From contig NC_045696.1 of assembly GCF_009834535.1 (NCBI RefSeq), positions 93,684,001 to 93,748,000 of the forward strand: DNA of 64,000 bases. The letters are read 5' to 3'. This document shows positions 26,350-38,535 of the stretch, one piece after another. This DNA comes from Camelus ferus. Its lineage: Eukaryota. The notes below the pieces were generated by a model that ran no database searches, had not been told where the DNA came from, and was given only the letters and a program-made list of their open reading frames with translations. Position 1 is the first letter of the stretch; each line of letters starts with the position of its first letter. The position numbers and the translations under genes are program-made.

Positions 26350-27104
26350 TAGTTTTATATGTCAAAACCAAAGGGGAAGGCTTAGCAAAGACATTGTCTC
26401 TTGCTTCGAATAAGGCAGGCTGAGAAGAAATACATCATTTCGCTCATACACTGAACTCCCCTCCCTTTTGTTCCTGCTCCTCTCCTGCTTGGAGCTGACT
26501 CCTCCTTCCTGCAGCTCAGAGGATCACAGGCTGATTGAAGAACACAGCAGTTCAGATGGGGAGCTGTGCTCAGTGTCTGTCTCTCTCTCCCTCTCTCTTT
26601 CATTCTCTCTCTCTCTCTGATCCGGCAAAGCTGAAGACTACCTGATAATTTCTCTGCCTTTGAATTCAGCTCTGGAACCAAATGCATCATTTTACTGCTC
26701 TTAAAAATTGAACAGAGTTTGATTACCTCAAGCTACCAGCCGCTTTGCTCCATTAGAAGGACCCAAAAGGACCCAGACATCATTATTTTTCAATCTACTT
26801 GAGCAGCTTTTGCTTTCATGCCTGAAACTTGATAGTTTCAGGAGGAAGTTTTTGTTTGTTTGTTCTTAATTGGAATGTTGAAAACTTTCTTATTGATGCT
26901 CTAAGTGGAACCCAATTTTAAAATATGAGTTGAGTCTGATTTAAAGGAGACTTGTCTGACCATTTTCTGCTGGACTGATGGGGGAACATCTTGAGGGAAA
27001 CTTGGTAGGAGAAAATGAGATCTGATTTGCAACTAACAGCCATGCTTAATTTTGAGAATATTTACAGATTCATTGAAAAAGAAATTAAATATTGACCAAG
27101 GACA
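26350..27104 (+). promoter_or_regulatory. GPR149: Putative GPR149 proximal promoter / 5'UTR
   Basis: No recognisable transposon directly upstream of the start codon; (CT)n at about 26577-26617; several uATGs; TSS cannot be fixed from sequence. Confidence 0.5.
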
Positions 27105-28121
27105 ATGTCTGTATTTCTCAGTAATTTATCAACAAATGACTCTAGCCTGTGGAAAGAAAGTCATAATTCGACGGACCTTTTAAATCCGCCAGGAACCGTG
27201 AATATCTATCTTTTTTGCCTGACATGCTTAATGACTGTTGCAGCCCTGGCCGGCAGCATTTATTCACTAGTTTCCCTACTGAAAATGCAGAACAGAACTG
27301 TTGTGTCCATGCTGGTGGCTTCCTGGTCCGGGGATGATCTCATGAGCGTCTTGTCGGTGACCATCTTCATCTTTTTGCAGTGGCCAAACGAGGTCCCTGA
27401 CTACTTCCAGTCTCTGTGCACCACCTCTGCCTTACTATATTTATGCCAGGGCCTCTCGAGCAACTTGAAGGCGACTCTCGTGGTCTCCTACAACTTTTAC
27501 ACAATGCACAGGGCTGTAGGGAGCCAGGCAACCTCCAGAAGATCCGGCCAGGTGCTCGGCGTGGCGTTGACAGTGTGGGCAGCCAGTCTGCTGCTCTCCG
27601 CGCTCCCGCTGTGCGGCTGGGGCGCCTTCGTGCGCACGCCCTGGGGCTGCCTGGCCGACTGCTCCAGCTCCTACGTGCTGCTGCTCTTCGCTGTGTACAC
27701 TTCGGCCTTCGGACTCCTCGCCGGCCTCTCCGTCCCGCTCACTCACCAGTTGCTGTGTTCGGAGGAGCCGCCGAGACTTCACGCCAACTATCAGGAAATT
27801 TCCCGTGCAGCTTCCACTCCAGGGACCCCTCCAACTGGAGGAAGAGTGCTTTCCCTGTCCCTAGATGACGCTCCGGGCCCCGCCCTGCGGTGCTCTGGGG
27901 GATGCTCCCCGACATCAGACACCGTGTTTGGACCAGGTCTGCCTGCGAGGACCCGGCTGGGGCAGGAGCCCGGGAGCGGTGCTGCCGCTGTGGCTGGAGC
28001 CTGCAGGCGTGAAAAACGGGGGACTCTCTATGGCACCAGGAGCTTCACCGTGAGCGTAGCGCAGAAGCGCTTCTCTTTGATCCTTGCTCTGACAAAAGTC
28101 ATCCTTTGGCTGCCCATGATG
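27105..28121 (+). CDS. GPR149: GPR149 coding exon 1 (N-terminus, TM1-TM6; 339 codons)
   Basis: [31 protein letters not shown]...[21 protein letters not shown] recognised as GPR149; donor ATG|GTAAAA, phase 0. Confidence 0.96.
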
Positions 28122-28530
28122 GTAAAACTGCGGTTGCTCACGGGTGCGCGGGTGTGTGTGCAAGACATACGTATGAGTGCATTTGGGGACCAGCATCTCC
28201 GGTTTGGAGGGTAACCCAGAGACGCGCAGTTAAGTCCGCTTCCAAATGTGTCTCGCTTGGTTTTAGAGAAGCGCTTGGAGGAAGGCAGTTCACGGGTTGG
28301 ACTAGTAGCCGTGAAGCCTTTACTTATGGTTTCAAAATTAGGGAGGAGGGCGGGGAGCGCTTTCAAGTAAGGGAGACTTCGTTTTCCTAGATCTGTCGTG
28401 GTCAAGGGTGTTCTGTCTGGGAGTATTCAGAAAGAGAGGTAGTAAGAAGGTTGGCTGGTTTGTTTTTCCCCAACCTCGTCGTGCCCTTCTCTCTGCTCCA
28501 TTCCTGCCTCGTAAGGACGCCGCCTATCCC
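27450..28530. promoter_or_regulatory. Intragenic CpG island over the 3' part of exon 1 and 5' intron 1
   Basis: Sharp rise in GC and CpG density against the CpG-depleted background; bounds estimated by eye. Confidence 0.7.
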
Positions 28531-29016
28531 CAGCAGGGAGAGAGGTGAGGGGACAAAACAGGCTTTTTTTCAAGCCTCCAGGAGGAAGCCCAGCTGAGAG
28601 GCAAATGGGTGGCACCCTGCTGTGACAAGTTTGGCTTGGCTGAAGTGAGGGGCCAAAGATACGACAAAGGCCACCCGGAGTGCCCAGTGCAGATTTCTTG
28701 CCTGTTTTCCGGGGTACCATTGCTCACATTGTGAACTATGTTTCCTTGATGGAGACTTGAGCTGGCAGCTGGCACAGACCAAGCACTCAAGAGTGGAAAC
28801 CGTCAAAGCCCTGCGTAGTCTGGAGCAGCGGGCTTCCTCCCAAGGGATCCCAGTAGTTCACCACCAAAACCAGGAATGCCAGTCCAGGAGCAGAGCTTCT
28901 GGCTCTCAGGCAGGAAAGGGGCGTGGAGAAGGGAGGTGGACAGCATGCTTGGGGGAAGGCTTGGCACAGTGGAAAATGTTGTCTTGGGATAAGATTGAAG
29001 CTCTGTACTTTTGCAG

Positions 29017-29209
29017 ATCCACATGGTGGTCCAGCACATCCTGGGGTTTCAGAGCCTTCCCTTCGAGACATTCAGCTTTCTCCTAACCCTACTGGCCACC
29101 ACTGTAACTCCAGTGTTTGTCTTGTCCAAACGCTGGACACACTTGCCCTGTGGCTGCATCATCAACTGCAAGCAGAGCAAATACACGGTGGCATCTGACG
29201 GGAAAAAAC
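29017..29209 (+). CDS. GPR149: GPR149 coding exon 2 (ECL3, TM7; 193 nt)
   Basis: Acceptor [63 protein letters not shown]...DGKK; donor C|GTGAGT, phase 1. Confidence 0.96.
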
Positions 29210-30681
29210 GTGAGTCCTAGGCAGTGAGGTGGCTGGGACCAGTACACATACAGTCCAATACAGAAAGGTGGTCTATTGAGAAAGTTGCCTGGGTAGTGAA
29301 TCAAGAGTCCAAGGACAAATGAAATGGTAAATAAAGGGAATAAATTATAATGTGAAACAATTATTAGCACAATATTGGGGTAATTTTTAAACGAGGCAGG
29401 TTGAAAACAACTCTATGAAGTGCCTGTGCATCGCATAGTTATGTTAGGTAAGAAAAGGAGAGAATTCATTCAACACAGCATAAAGTCAGCAGAGGCCCTT
29501 AGATGTTATGTCCTCCACAGCCCTTAAACCAGAATGGAAAGTAACCCCCCTCCAAGTCCACATATGAGAAGCCAGCATCTTTGAAAAGTTAAGAACTCAT
29601 TATATTATAGCCTATTGTTATTTAGTGAAACAGTAAAGAAAAGCATTTTCATTATTTTGCTGCTTGTATTCTTCCAGGGTTTTGGAAAGTTTAAAGTAAG
29701 CAATAGGAGTGGCCAAAAAAAAGTTCCAAAACAATTTCAAGTGTATGCCTTTGCTTTTAGAAAATATCTACATATACACACAAACCAACAACCTCCAAAA
29801 CACCTTTAGTTTCAAGAAAAGACGAAAGTGGCAGAGTTTGTTAGTGCATGTTCATCTCTGAATCTAGCCATGCCATGGGGGAAAAAAAGCAAAACACCTA
29901 TGTTCTAAAGCGTATACCTAGAACAGGAGTGGGGTCAAATATAAAACTCATTGGAGTGTAATTGTTTCTGTATGGAGACAGGAAAAGTTGAGGAATACCC
30001 TGTATATTTTGACTCTGCCAGGAAGGAAAAGGATATATTTTTTCTGTCATTCCAGACAAAAGATAGAATGTTCTACCCTTTAATAAATCCAAGATTGCAT
30101 TATTGTATGCTGAATTGACTGCTCCATTAATTGTCTTTTTCTCAGAATATGCAAGGGTATTATTCTTTAACAGAAAAGAAGGAGTAAATAAAAACAGTTC
30201 ATCTCAGAATATTTGAGGGCTGTAAAAACTGGCAAATATTAAAGTATATTCTGTAATCAATTCTTCAACAAGGTGATTATAATAAATATTAATTAGTCAT
30301 GAACTGGTTCTTTTCCATGTATTGATGACACTTAATGTCCAGATATTTTTCAAGTGACCAGATTCTTTTTAGTGTTAAGGATGCCATAAAGTTTTACTGT
30401 TAATAGATGCCAAGTTTATCTATGCCTTTAAAACAAAACAACCATGGAGCTTACAATAAGTATGTGCTTCTAGAGACTAATAACCAGAGCAACAGTGACA
30501 CAGAAAATTAATAATAAATCTTTTTGAGACACATTAAAGAAATAGAATATATAAAAATCACCTACAAGCCTGAAAGTTCTACCATTCTATCAAATGTTAA
30601 TAATTGTCACTAAATTAATGAACCAGCACCATCTTATAATATTTAAGATTGTAAGAGATACAAGGAGAGTTTAGGGCAGTC

Positions 30682-30837
30682 TTTTTTTTTTTTTTATTGT
30701 AGTGTAGTCAGTTCACAATCTTATGTCAATTTCTGGTGTACAGCATAATGTTTCAGTCATATATATACACACATATATTTGTTTTCATGTTCTTTTACAT
30801 TATAGGTTACTGCAAGGTATTGAATATAGTTCCCTGT
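30682..30837 (-). mobile_element. Truncated L1 3' end
   Basis: Poly-T and L1 3'UTR; short TSD GCAGTC at 30676-30681 and 30838-30843. Confidence 0.8.
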
Positions 30838-31291
30838 GCAGTCATTTTTAAGAACTAAAGGGCACCTGTGTGAGAGCTGAAAACAAAGCAATGCAACGGC
30901 TCTATCACTGTCATAGGAAGCATTCTATCTTGTGCTGCACAAGGTGGAAGAACCTACAGCAGGCCAGCAGAATCAACAATCGCAGTAATATCTCATGTTT
31001 GAAATTAGAACCATGCGTTTCAAGATCATAATATTTTTCCTCTAAAATTACCATTGCCATTATTTGTATTTACTTTACAATTCCAGGGAAGGTGCTGAAC
31101 TGTAAGCTCAGAAAGGCATGGCTTCAAAAATAAAATATTGTGAGGAACATTAGTTTAAAATGGCTCCATTCTCTTTTGATACCAGGCTGTGCCACAGGGA
31201 AATTCTAAGGATAAGAATGATGTGTTTTCACCGTGTGAGGACCCACCATATATTTTCCTATTGCTAGGATGACACAAAAACAGAATTTTGA

Positions 31292-31416
31292 GGGGGAGGG
31301 TATAGCTTAGTGGTAGAGTGCCTGCCTAGCATGCATGAGATCCTGGGTTCAATCCCCAGTACCCCCATTAAAAAATAAACAAATCTAATTACCCCCGTAA
31401 AAGTAATAAAAACCTA
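31292..31416 (+). mobile_element. tRNA-derived SINE (Vic-1-like)
   Basis: A and B boxes; perfect 16-bp TSD AAAAACAGAATTTTGA at 31276-31291 and 31417-31432. Confidence 0.92.
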
Positions 31417-34317
31417 AAAAACAGAATTTTGAAACCCCAAAGATGGTTCATCTTCAGGTGGGCAGGTACTGATCCATTATGGTACTTTGATTCTTTGGAA
31501 GTATGGCTCCAGTTTCATATTTAAGCTTTTTCTCTCTAACAAACTAATATTTCCCCCTTTTACATTCTTCTTCAGGGAACTCCAGAAGCAAGGAAGGGAA
31601 AATCATTTTTTCATAACTCATATTTACCACAGGTTCTTTTTGTTGATGAAGACGTAATTCTGTATCTCATCTTCATTGTATGGAAACCAAGACATGCAAC
31701 CAGAAAATGAATGTCACTAATGAAAAATAATTTGCAGAAATAATGATATTCTCCTGTTTCCAACAATAATCTGTATTACTAGTGTCTCAAAACAAAAATG
31801 GTTTTAAAAAAGATGGTTTTACACAGAGGCCTCAAGTAGCAAACATGGATTGGATGTGGCTTTCAAGCCCATTTTGTTTGCATGACATGATGCTTTCTTT
31901 TTCAATTAAATAAACAGTTAAAATATGTTCTATAAAAATGAGATTTTCAGATTTAATTTTTTGACAAAATCAGAGAATCAGATGTCATGGTACTCTGAAG
32001 AATTATGTATATTTATAAGCTGATATAATTACTTATGTCTAAAATTGTCATTAGCAAGATGTGATTAAAGGCAAAAGACTAGAGCTAATTCATGTTTCTT
32101 CCAGAGTTTTGCTTTTCAGAACAGATATAAAATTTTATTTATTTTTCATAAGTGTAGAATAGACTTCAAAGGTTCCTGACGCTATCCTAATGGTCTCTAA
32201 GTTTCTTGTAAGTTATTAGTCAAATATTTTCAGCTCTGTTATGTTGTTATAACCTGTTATCTTCATTAGTTAGTCAGAATTTACCTCCAGTGTTAAGGGA
32301 AAGTCATTAACAAGAAATGTTTCTATTGGTTTCACAATTAATGCACTTCCTCTAATTTTTAGCACATCCAGGACATTCTACTTCCATAAGCACATTTCTC
32401 TCATGAGTCTGATTAGCAATAAAGCAATTTCACATAGACGTTAGTAGCTTCAATTCTTGAGTCAGTTAGCTTTAAATTCAAATCTGTTTACCAGGTAAGT
32501 AATCTTAGGTAGGTTTCTTCTATCAGACTCAGTTTTCTCAAGTACAAAATAGAACCCATATGCCTTTTATTATGCAGGGTTGTTGTGTTAAATGACATAA
32601 CCTATGTGCGTACCTGACCAAGGAATGCTCCAGTCTCCTACTGTATCTATAGCAATTCCACTCCCTTCTCATAGCCTACCTCTGACTGCCTCTTGCACCT
32701 GGTAACATGGAGACAGGTTCTCACTGACACATTCTGCTCAATCCTTCAAAAATCTGATTCATTTTTGCTTTATGTATTTCATAGTTATAATCAATTTTAT
32801 CATATTGTATGACATCATATAATATGATAAAATTAGGATTTTTATGACAGGTTTTGTTTACTTCCTATCCTTGAATTGACCACTTGTCACTTTATATCTT
32901 TCTTTTTTAGCAGAAAAGGGGAACCCATCAATAATGAAAACACTCCTTCAGCTTTCACACTATTAAAGTAAATTAAAAATCCTAATTTAACTTAACTGGA
33001 CTACCTTATTAGAAAAAGTGTGGTACTATAAAAGAGACAGTGTATAAAACATTAATATCTGTTTCTACTTTTCCATTTTCTTTGCATATACATTTTTGTT
33101 TGTATCCTGGCTCAAACAATGAATATTTTGACTCAAATAATGAATGACATCTATTAATTCTATCTTTCAGTCAGAATTGGTTTGTAAATTTTCAGTTCTG
33201 AGAAAATTTTGGTAGTAGAATCAGCATGTGAATAACACTAGGATTATATTATAAAATGAATCAAATTTTACCTGTTGTTCTCATAGAAATTTTAGTTTAT
33301 AATACATTTTTCCACCAAGGATAGCTAAATGTGTGCTATGAAACACAGAGCTACCCAAGTAAAAAAAGTTTTTGAAATGAGCCATGTTTGAAAGATGAAA
33401 ACCAAAACATGTATTGCATTTTGTCTAATAGCTTCATTTTTAATACACAAAAATTATCTAGTATTTAATGACATTTACACACAGTTGTATCACTTCTTTC
33501 ACATTCTCACTTGTTATCCTACTAAGACTTTATACCATATACACCAAATAATAGTGCAATGTGTTGGATACCATCATAGTTCACCTGATTTAAACCATAG
33601 AAAGTTTTATGCATTCCTGCTACACTCATTTTGTAATTAATCAGGTTTATAGACATGTTGTAAAGTGCTTCAGTTCACAGAAACATGAATCTATACACTC
33701 TTTTTTACAATTCATTACAAATTGATTCAGCAATATACATGTTATTTTTGAAGTTTTAAAACTGTATTGCAGCAATGTCTAATTTTTAATGTTTGCATTT
33801 ATAAGCATATAAATGTCAGGAATGATAAACATCAAAATATTTAAAGCAGTTATATCTTGTTGGCATTGTCAGCTGAATAGCTCATATAATATTAAGAGCT
33901 TCTTAATAATTAATTTCTGGCAAAATAAAATTTATAAACAATGTATTTTATCCCCAAATAAAGAAATGTACAGATAATTGGTAAACTGAAGGAGCTTAAA
34001 CTAAAACCGAATATACATGAGACTTTTCTAATTTAGGGTTAAATTTTTCTTACAAAAATTTCTTTAAAGACATCAAAGTCTTGGGGTTGTATGTATTTCA
34101 AACCCTTCATTGTGTAAGTTAGGCCCAGAGTGATGAGATGGCTTGAATTCATGAGGCATAATTGCTTTGTATAATTGACAAGAAGTAAATAAAGATAGTT
34201 TTAAAATTTATACTAATCAAATTGAATGTACCTTCCTATTTTTATCAACTTTGTATATCCAACTGCTGTTTATATTTACCTTTCTAACCTTGGAATTTTG
34301 CTTTTGTTTTCATATAG

Positions 34318-34775
34318 CCAAAAGAAGATGCTTTGAATTCAATCTATCATTCCAACAAAGTTATGGAATTTATAAAATAGGACGTGAAGATTACTATGAG
34401 GATGATGAAAATTCTATATCCTATCACAACCTCATGAACTATGAGTGCAAAACTTCAAAAGACTCTCAGAAAGACACTCATAATATCTTCAATGCCATTA
34501 AAGTGGAAGTCAGCACCACAACCTCTCTGGACAGCTCCACACTAAAAGGCATCAACAAATGCACAAACACTGATATTACAAATGCTAAACAGGATTTCCA
34601 CAATGAAAAGAGTGTTGATCCACTGCTTTCTGAAAAAACAGAAGGTGATATTAAATATGAAGAAACCACCTTTTTAGAAGGGCCGGAAAGAAGACTGTCT
34701 CACGAAGAGAGTCAGAAACCAGACCTTTCAGACTGGGAATGGTGTAGGAGTAAATCAGAAAGAACCCCTCGTCAG
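34318..34775 (+). CDS. GPR149: GPR149 coding exon 3 (C-terminal tail; 458 nt); final exon lies beyond the window
   Basis: Acceptor TTTTCATATAG|CC completes the phase-1 codon; [20 protein letters not shown]...[19 protein letters not shown]; donor CAG|GTACAG, phase 0. Confidence 0.95.
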
Positions 34776-37691
34776 GTACAGTAAAGGTTGTTCTGCCTGT
34801 AAAATTAAAAGTGAGACCAAATATGACAGCATGAAAAAAAAATTATCAGTTGCTTATTTCATTCAGTCAAGTCCAAGGTTGTTTCCACTTATCTCAATTA
34901 CTTTCCATAATATTAAATTTTATTTCAGTGTCCTTGAAGGACTTCTGAATTTTTTAAATTAGTTATACTTTCATTCATTCAAAAATCTATATATTTTGGG
35001 ATTGGCAGAGTTACATAGGCTCTTTCAGAAGGGTACAGCATTCTATTTTAACCTCAAGTAATCTGTGTAAATTCAGACTAGACTCTCAGAACTTATTTCA
35101 AGTTAATTAACTTGTAGGTTTTATTTTTTTCTTTGCCTGAAAAATATTCCACAGTCCTCAAAAGATGTTTGAGGGCAAATATTTATACAACTAGTGGTGA
35201 AGAGGTAGTCCTGTTGCAACTATAATGGAGAGCTTGCCTATTTGTCTTGCTGGAACTAGTCTCTCTGTTACCCAGCAAGGAAAAAAAGATGTGTTCTAGA
35301 ATACACTCAAGTGAAGCTTTGCAAAATCCCTGCTAAATGTTCTGTCCTTTTAAGGGTGGAAGAATGGTTTTATAATGTTTTATGTAAGTGAAAGCACTTG
35401 CACTTTAATCTCACCCCTTTCTTTCCTAGATTCCAGCCTGCCTAGAATGATGACAGGTACTTCTTATTTTATTGAAACTGTAGTGTGATATTGATATAAG
35501 ATTCTTCTTTCCTCCAGACTCATATCTAATAATTAGTTGCTCTTGCTTTTCACACTATTGATTTACTAGCAAGAAAAGCCTTTTCCTACATAATTTAATG
35601 GAAATCAAAGTCCACTTGCACCTAGCTTCTAGAATCAAAAATATAATTCTACAAATATCTGCTAGTAACAATGCATTCATTGATCAAAAGTATGACCATA
35701 TAACACTATGAATATGAGCAGAATAATCTGAGATTTGCTTTGTTCTCCTCAGTTAATTAAAACTGTTAGTTTTATTTTGATATTACTGGTTTTAAAAGTT
35801 GGGTAATAAAACAAAGTATATTACTAAAATAATTATTCATAGTGTTTAGTGATGAAGCATTTCAGAAAAATCACTAAATAGTGATTTTTTAAAAATAGTG
35901 ATTTTAAAAAATTCGAACAATGTGGTGCCCCAGCTTAGATGGGAATCCCTACAATATCATTATCAGTTTGTTCCTGAATAATCTAAACCTCCTGGTTTTC
36001 TTGCACTTAAAAATTAAGCAGTCTATCTTGAGTCTTGCTCATGGTTTTTTGTTTTACTATTTTGTCACAAAAGAATGTTTTTCTAACACAATATATTGTT
36101 TAGTTTTGCTTATTTTGAGCTTCTGGAGATGGTATCATTTCTGGGACTTGCTTTTTTCCCACTCAACATTACTTTAAATGACTTAATTTTCTAGTGCATT
36201 TTGTCAAAACATTGGGAATTACCATTTGAATGATCACAACTTTATAGCTCTTCCTCAAAAATTTTTGTTATAGTTTAGAGAGTATGATCAATTAACTCCA
36301 TTAATATTAATACTGTTCCTGCAAAGAACAAGGAATTCAGGAAACTAATCTAAAATGATGGTTGTGAAAAAAATGATTAGTGGTAAAATAGATAATATAA
36401 TATTCAGGAAAGGTAAAATTTATATTTTCAGAAACTAATTGAAATTAAATGAAATACCATCATAAATTTAAACATAAAAACAACAGTAAGAAATCGTTAA
36501 CCCATGGGCTATTATTGGTATGACGTTCTCTTAGCAAAATCGCCTATGGACTTTAAGATTAACATTATAACCAAAATACATTTAGGCTCGAAAAGCTTAT
36601 GAGCATTTTTCCTATGACCAAAGGCTGGTTTTTTAACTCTTGCCCTGCTCTTCATCAGCAGATATTTGATGGGAGTAGATGGTAACTTTGAAAGCATGTT
36701 CATTTTATCCTTTTCTTCCAAGTTCCTTCCTTGCTCTGAAAGCAAGGTTAACTTAGGTATCTTATAGTGATACATTCAACTGTGGTAGACACTGCAGTGG
36801 CTCTATGAAAGCACTGTCTCTTTAATTTCTATGGTTGTACTTTCAAATACTTAGGCTCAATTTATCAACTCATATGTAATGGTACTACTTTAAATAGTGT
36901 GTGTTCTCTGTTCTTGAGCTTTTAAAAAAGCAGATTTGAGTTAAAATATATTTAATGAGTTCTACTGTGTTACTACAATACACATTGCTTAATTGTTTTT
37001 TAGAGTTTATGTGAGTAAACAAATTCTCAGTATATCTTTTTGGAAATCCTGATAGGAATCAGAGTGTCAGGTCAAGGTTAAATTATAAAGAAAATGGTAG
37101 TAGAATGGCTTCAGTAGGTTTAAGTATGATCCAATGAAATTTATCAGAGGTTGAGTGTTTGTAAGACTGAAATTCAGTGTTACACTTAGCCACACAATCA
37201 CTTCTTCTTGGACCCCTAGAAAGTAGAATGTTCCCCCCCCAAAAAAAAAGTTAGAAATGTAAGAGTTCTTCAATTACAGAGTTTTAATGTTGCCATGGTA
37301 TGAGTGTTCCTCACATGAAGCAGTGATTTTCCAGAACCCCGAAGTTTTGTCTTCTTTAGGAAATTGTACTTATAAAATGATTTAGTGGCTTGTAGGTAAT
37401 TACTCTAATTTTCTCTTTTAGTATTAAGCTCATTAAATTACCCACTGATTCCATTTCCTTTTCTTTTAATGTGTTGTCTTAGAGCTCTCGATAGTCACTT
37501 ATTTATTACTGTAAATCTGAAACAAAGTTATGTTGTCATTATGCCACTCAGTCCCATTTATAATCCTATCATCATATTATTTGAAAGATGAAAAGTCCTC
37601 CAATATCCCAGTAGAATATAGAAAAACAGATTCTGAAACTATCCTTCTCAAATGAGAGTCAAAGTAGAAGAAAGTGATAGATTTTGCATTA

Positions 37692-38106
37692 TTTTCTTTT
37701 TTGTTGTTGTTTTTGTATATTTTATATTGAAGAATAGTTGATTTACAATGCTGTGTTAATTTCTGGTGTACAGCATAGTGATTCAGTTATACATATATAT
37801 ATATTCCTTTTCATATTCTTTTTCATTATAGACAATGACAAGGTCTTGAATACAGTTCTCTGTACTATCCAGTAGGACCTTGTTGTTTACCTATTTTACA
37901 TAAAGTAATCAGCATCTGCAAATCCTGAACTCCCAATCTATTCCTCCCCACCCCTTTCACCACCAACCCCGTAATCATACATTTATTTTCTGAGAATCTG
38001 TCTCTGTTCTGTAAATAAGTTCATTTGTGTCCTTTTTATTTTCTTTTTTCGATTCCACATATGAGTGATATCATATGGTATTTTTCTTTCTCTTTCTGGC
38101 CTACTT
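37692..38106 (-). mobile_element. Truncated L1 3' end
   Basis: Antisense 3'UTR through ...TTTCTCTTTCTGGCCTACTT; flanking repeat 20/22 identical at 37670-37691 and 38107-38128. Confidence 0.85.
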
Positions 38107-38397
38107 GAAAGTGATAGCTTTTGAATTAGCTGCACAAACCACTCAGTATAAGAATAGGTAAACCAGTAAGAACTAGCTTTAAGTCACCTGAGAATCAAAG
38201 AAATTTTATTTTTATTTTAAGGAAAATGTTTTAGCTACTTAAAAATAGCTTTACAAATCAAAATTATGTTGTTTGCTCACAGAATTCAGCAGCAACATTG
38301 GTTTCTATAATCTTGTTAAAAATTATTTCTTTAAATCATTTTCATAGAAAACTATAGAAATCAAATGTCAATCTAGACTATTTTGAGTTCTTTAGTT

Positions 38398-38535
38398 TGA
38401 GCTTCTCAAACTTTAATGTGTACAAATAAGTCAAATGGGGATATTATCAAAATGTAGATTGTGACTGAGTGGATCTGAGGTGGGACCCAAGATTCTGCAT
38501 TTCTAACAAACCCCTAGATGACTCTGGTGCAGCAT
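38398..38535. mobile_element. MER5-like hAT relic
   Basis: CTTCTCAAACTTTAATGTGTAC...GTGGGACCCAAGATTCTGCATTTCTAACAAAC. Confidence 0.6.

Noticed and set aside
26560..26580. RE1-like GGAGCTGTGCTCAGTG in the promoter
   Set aside because: Only one partial half-site; the GGTGCTGAA half does not match
28122..28214. C-terminal 30 aa of the 369-aa ORF
   Set aside because: Read-through into intron 1; GPR149 homology resumes at 29017 after a phase-matched GT-AG intron
27416..29198. Many overlapping ORFs on both strands
   Set aside because: Expected in GC-rich, stop-poor CpG-island DNA; no recognisable protein
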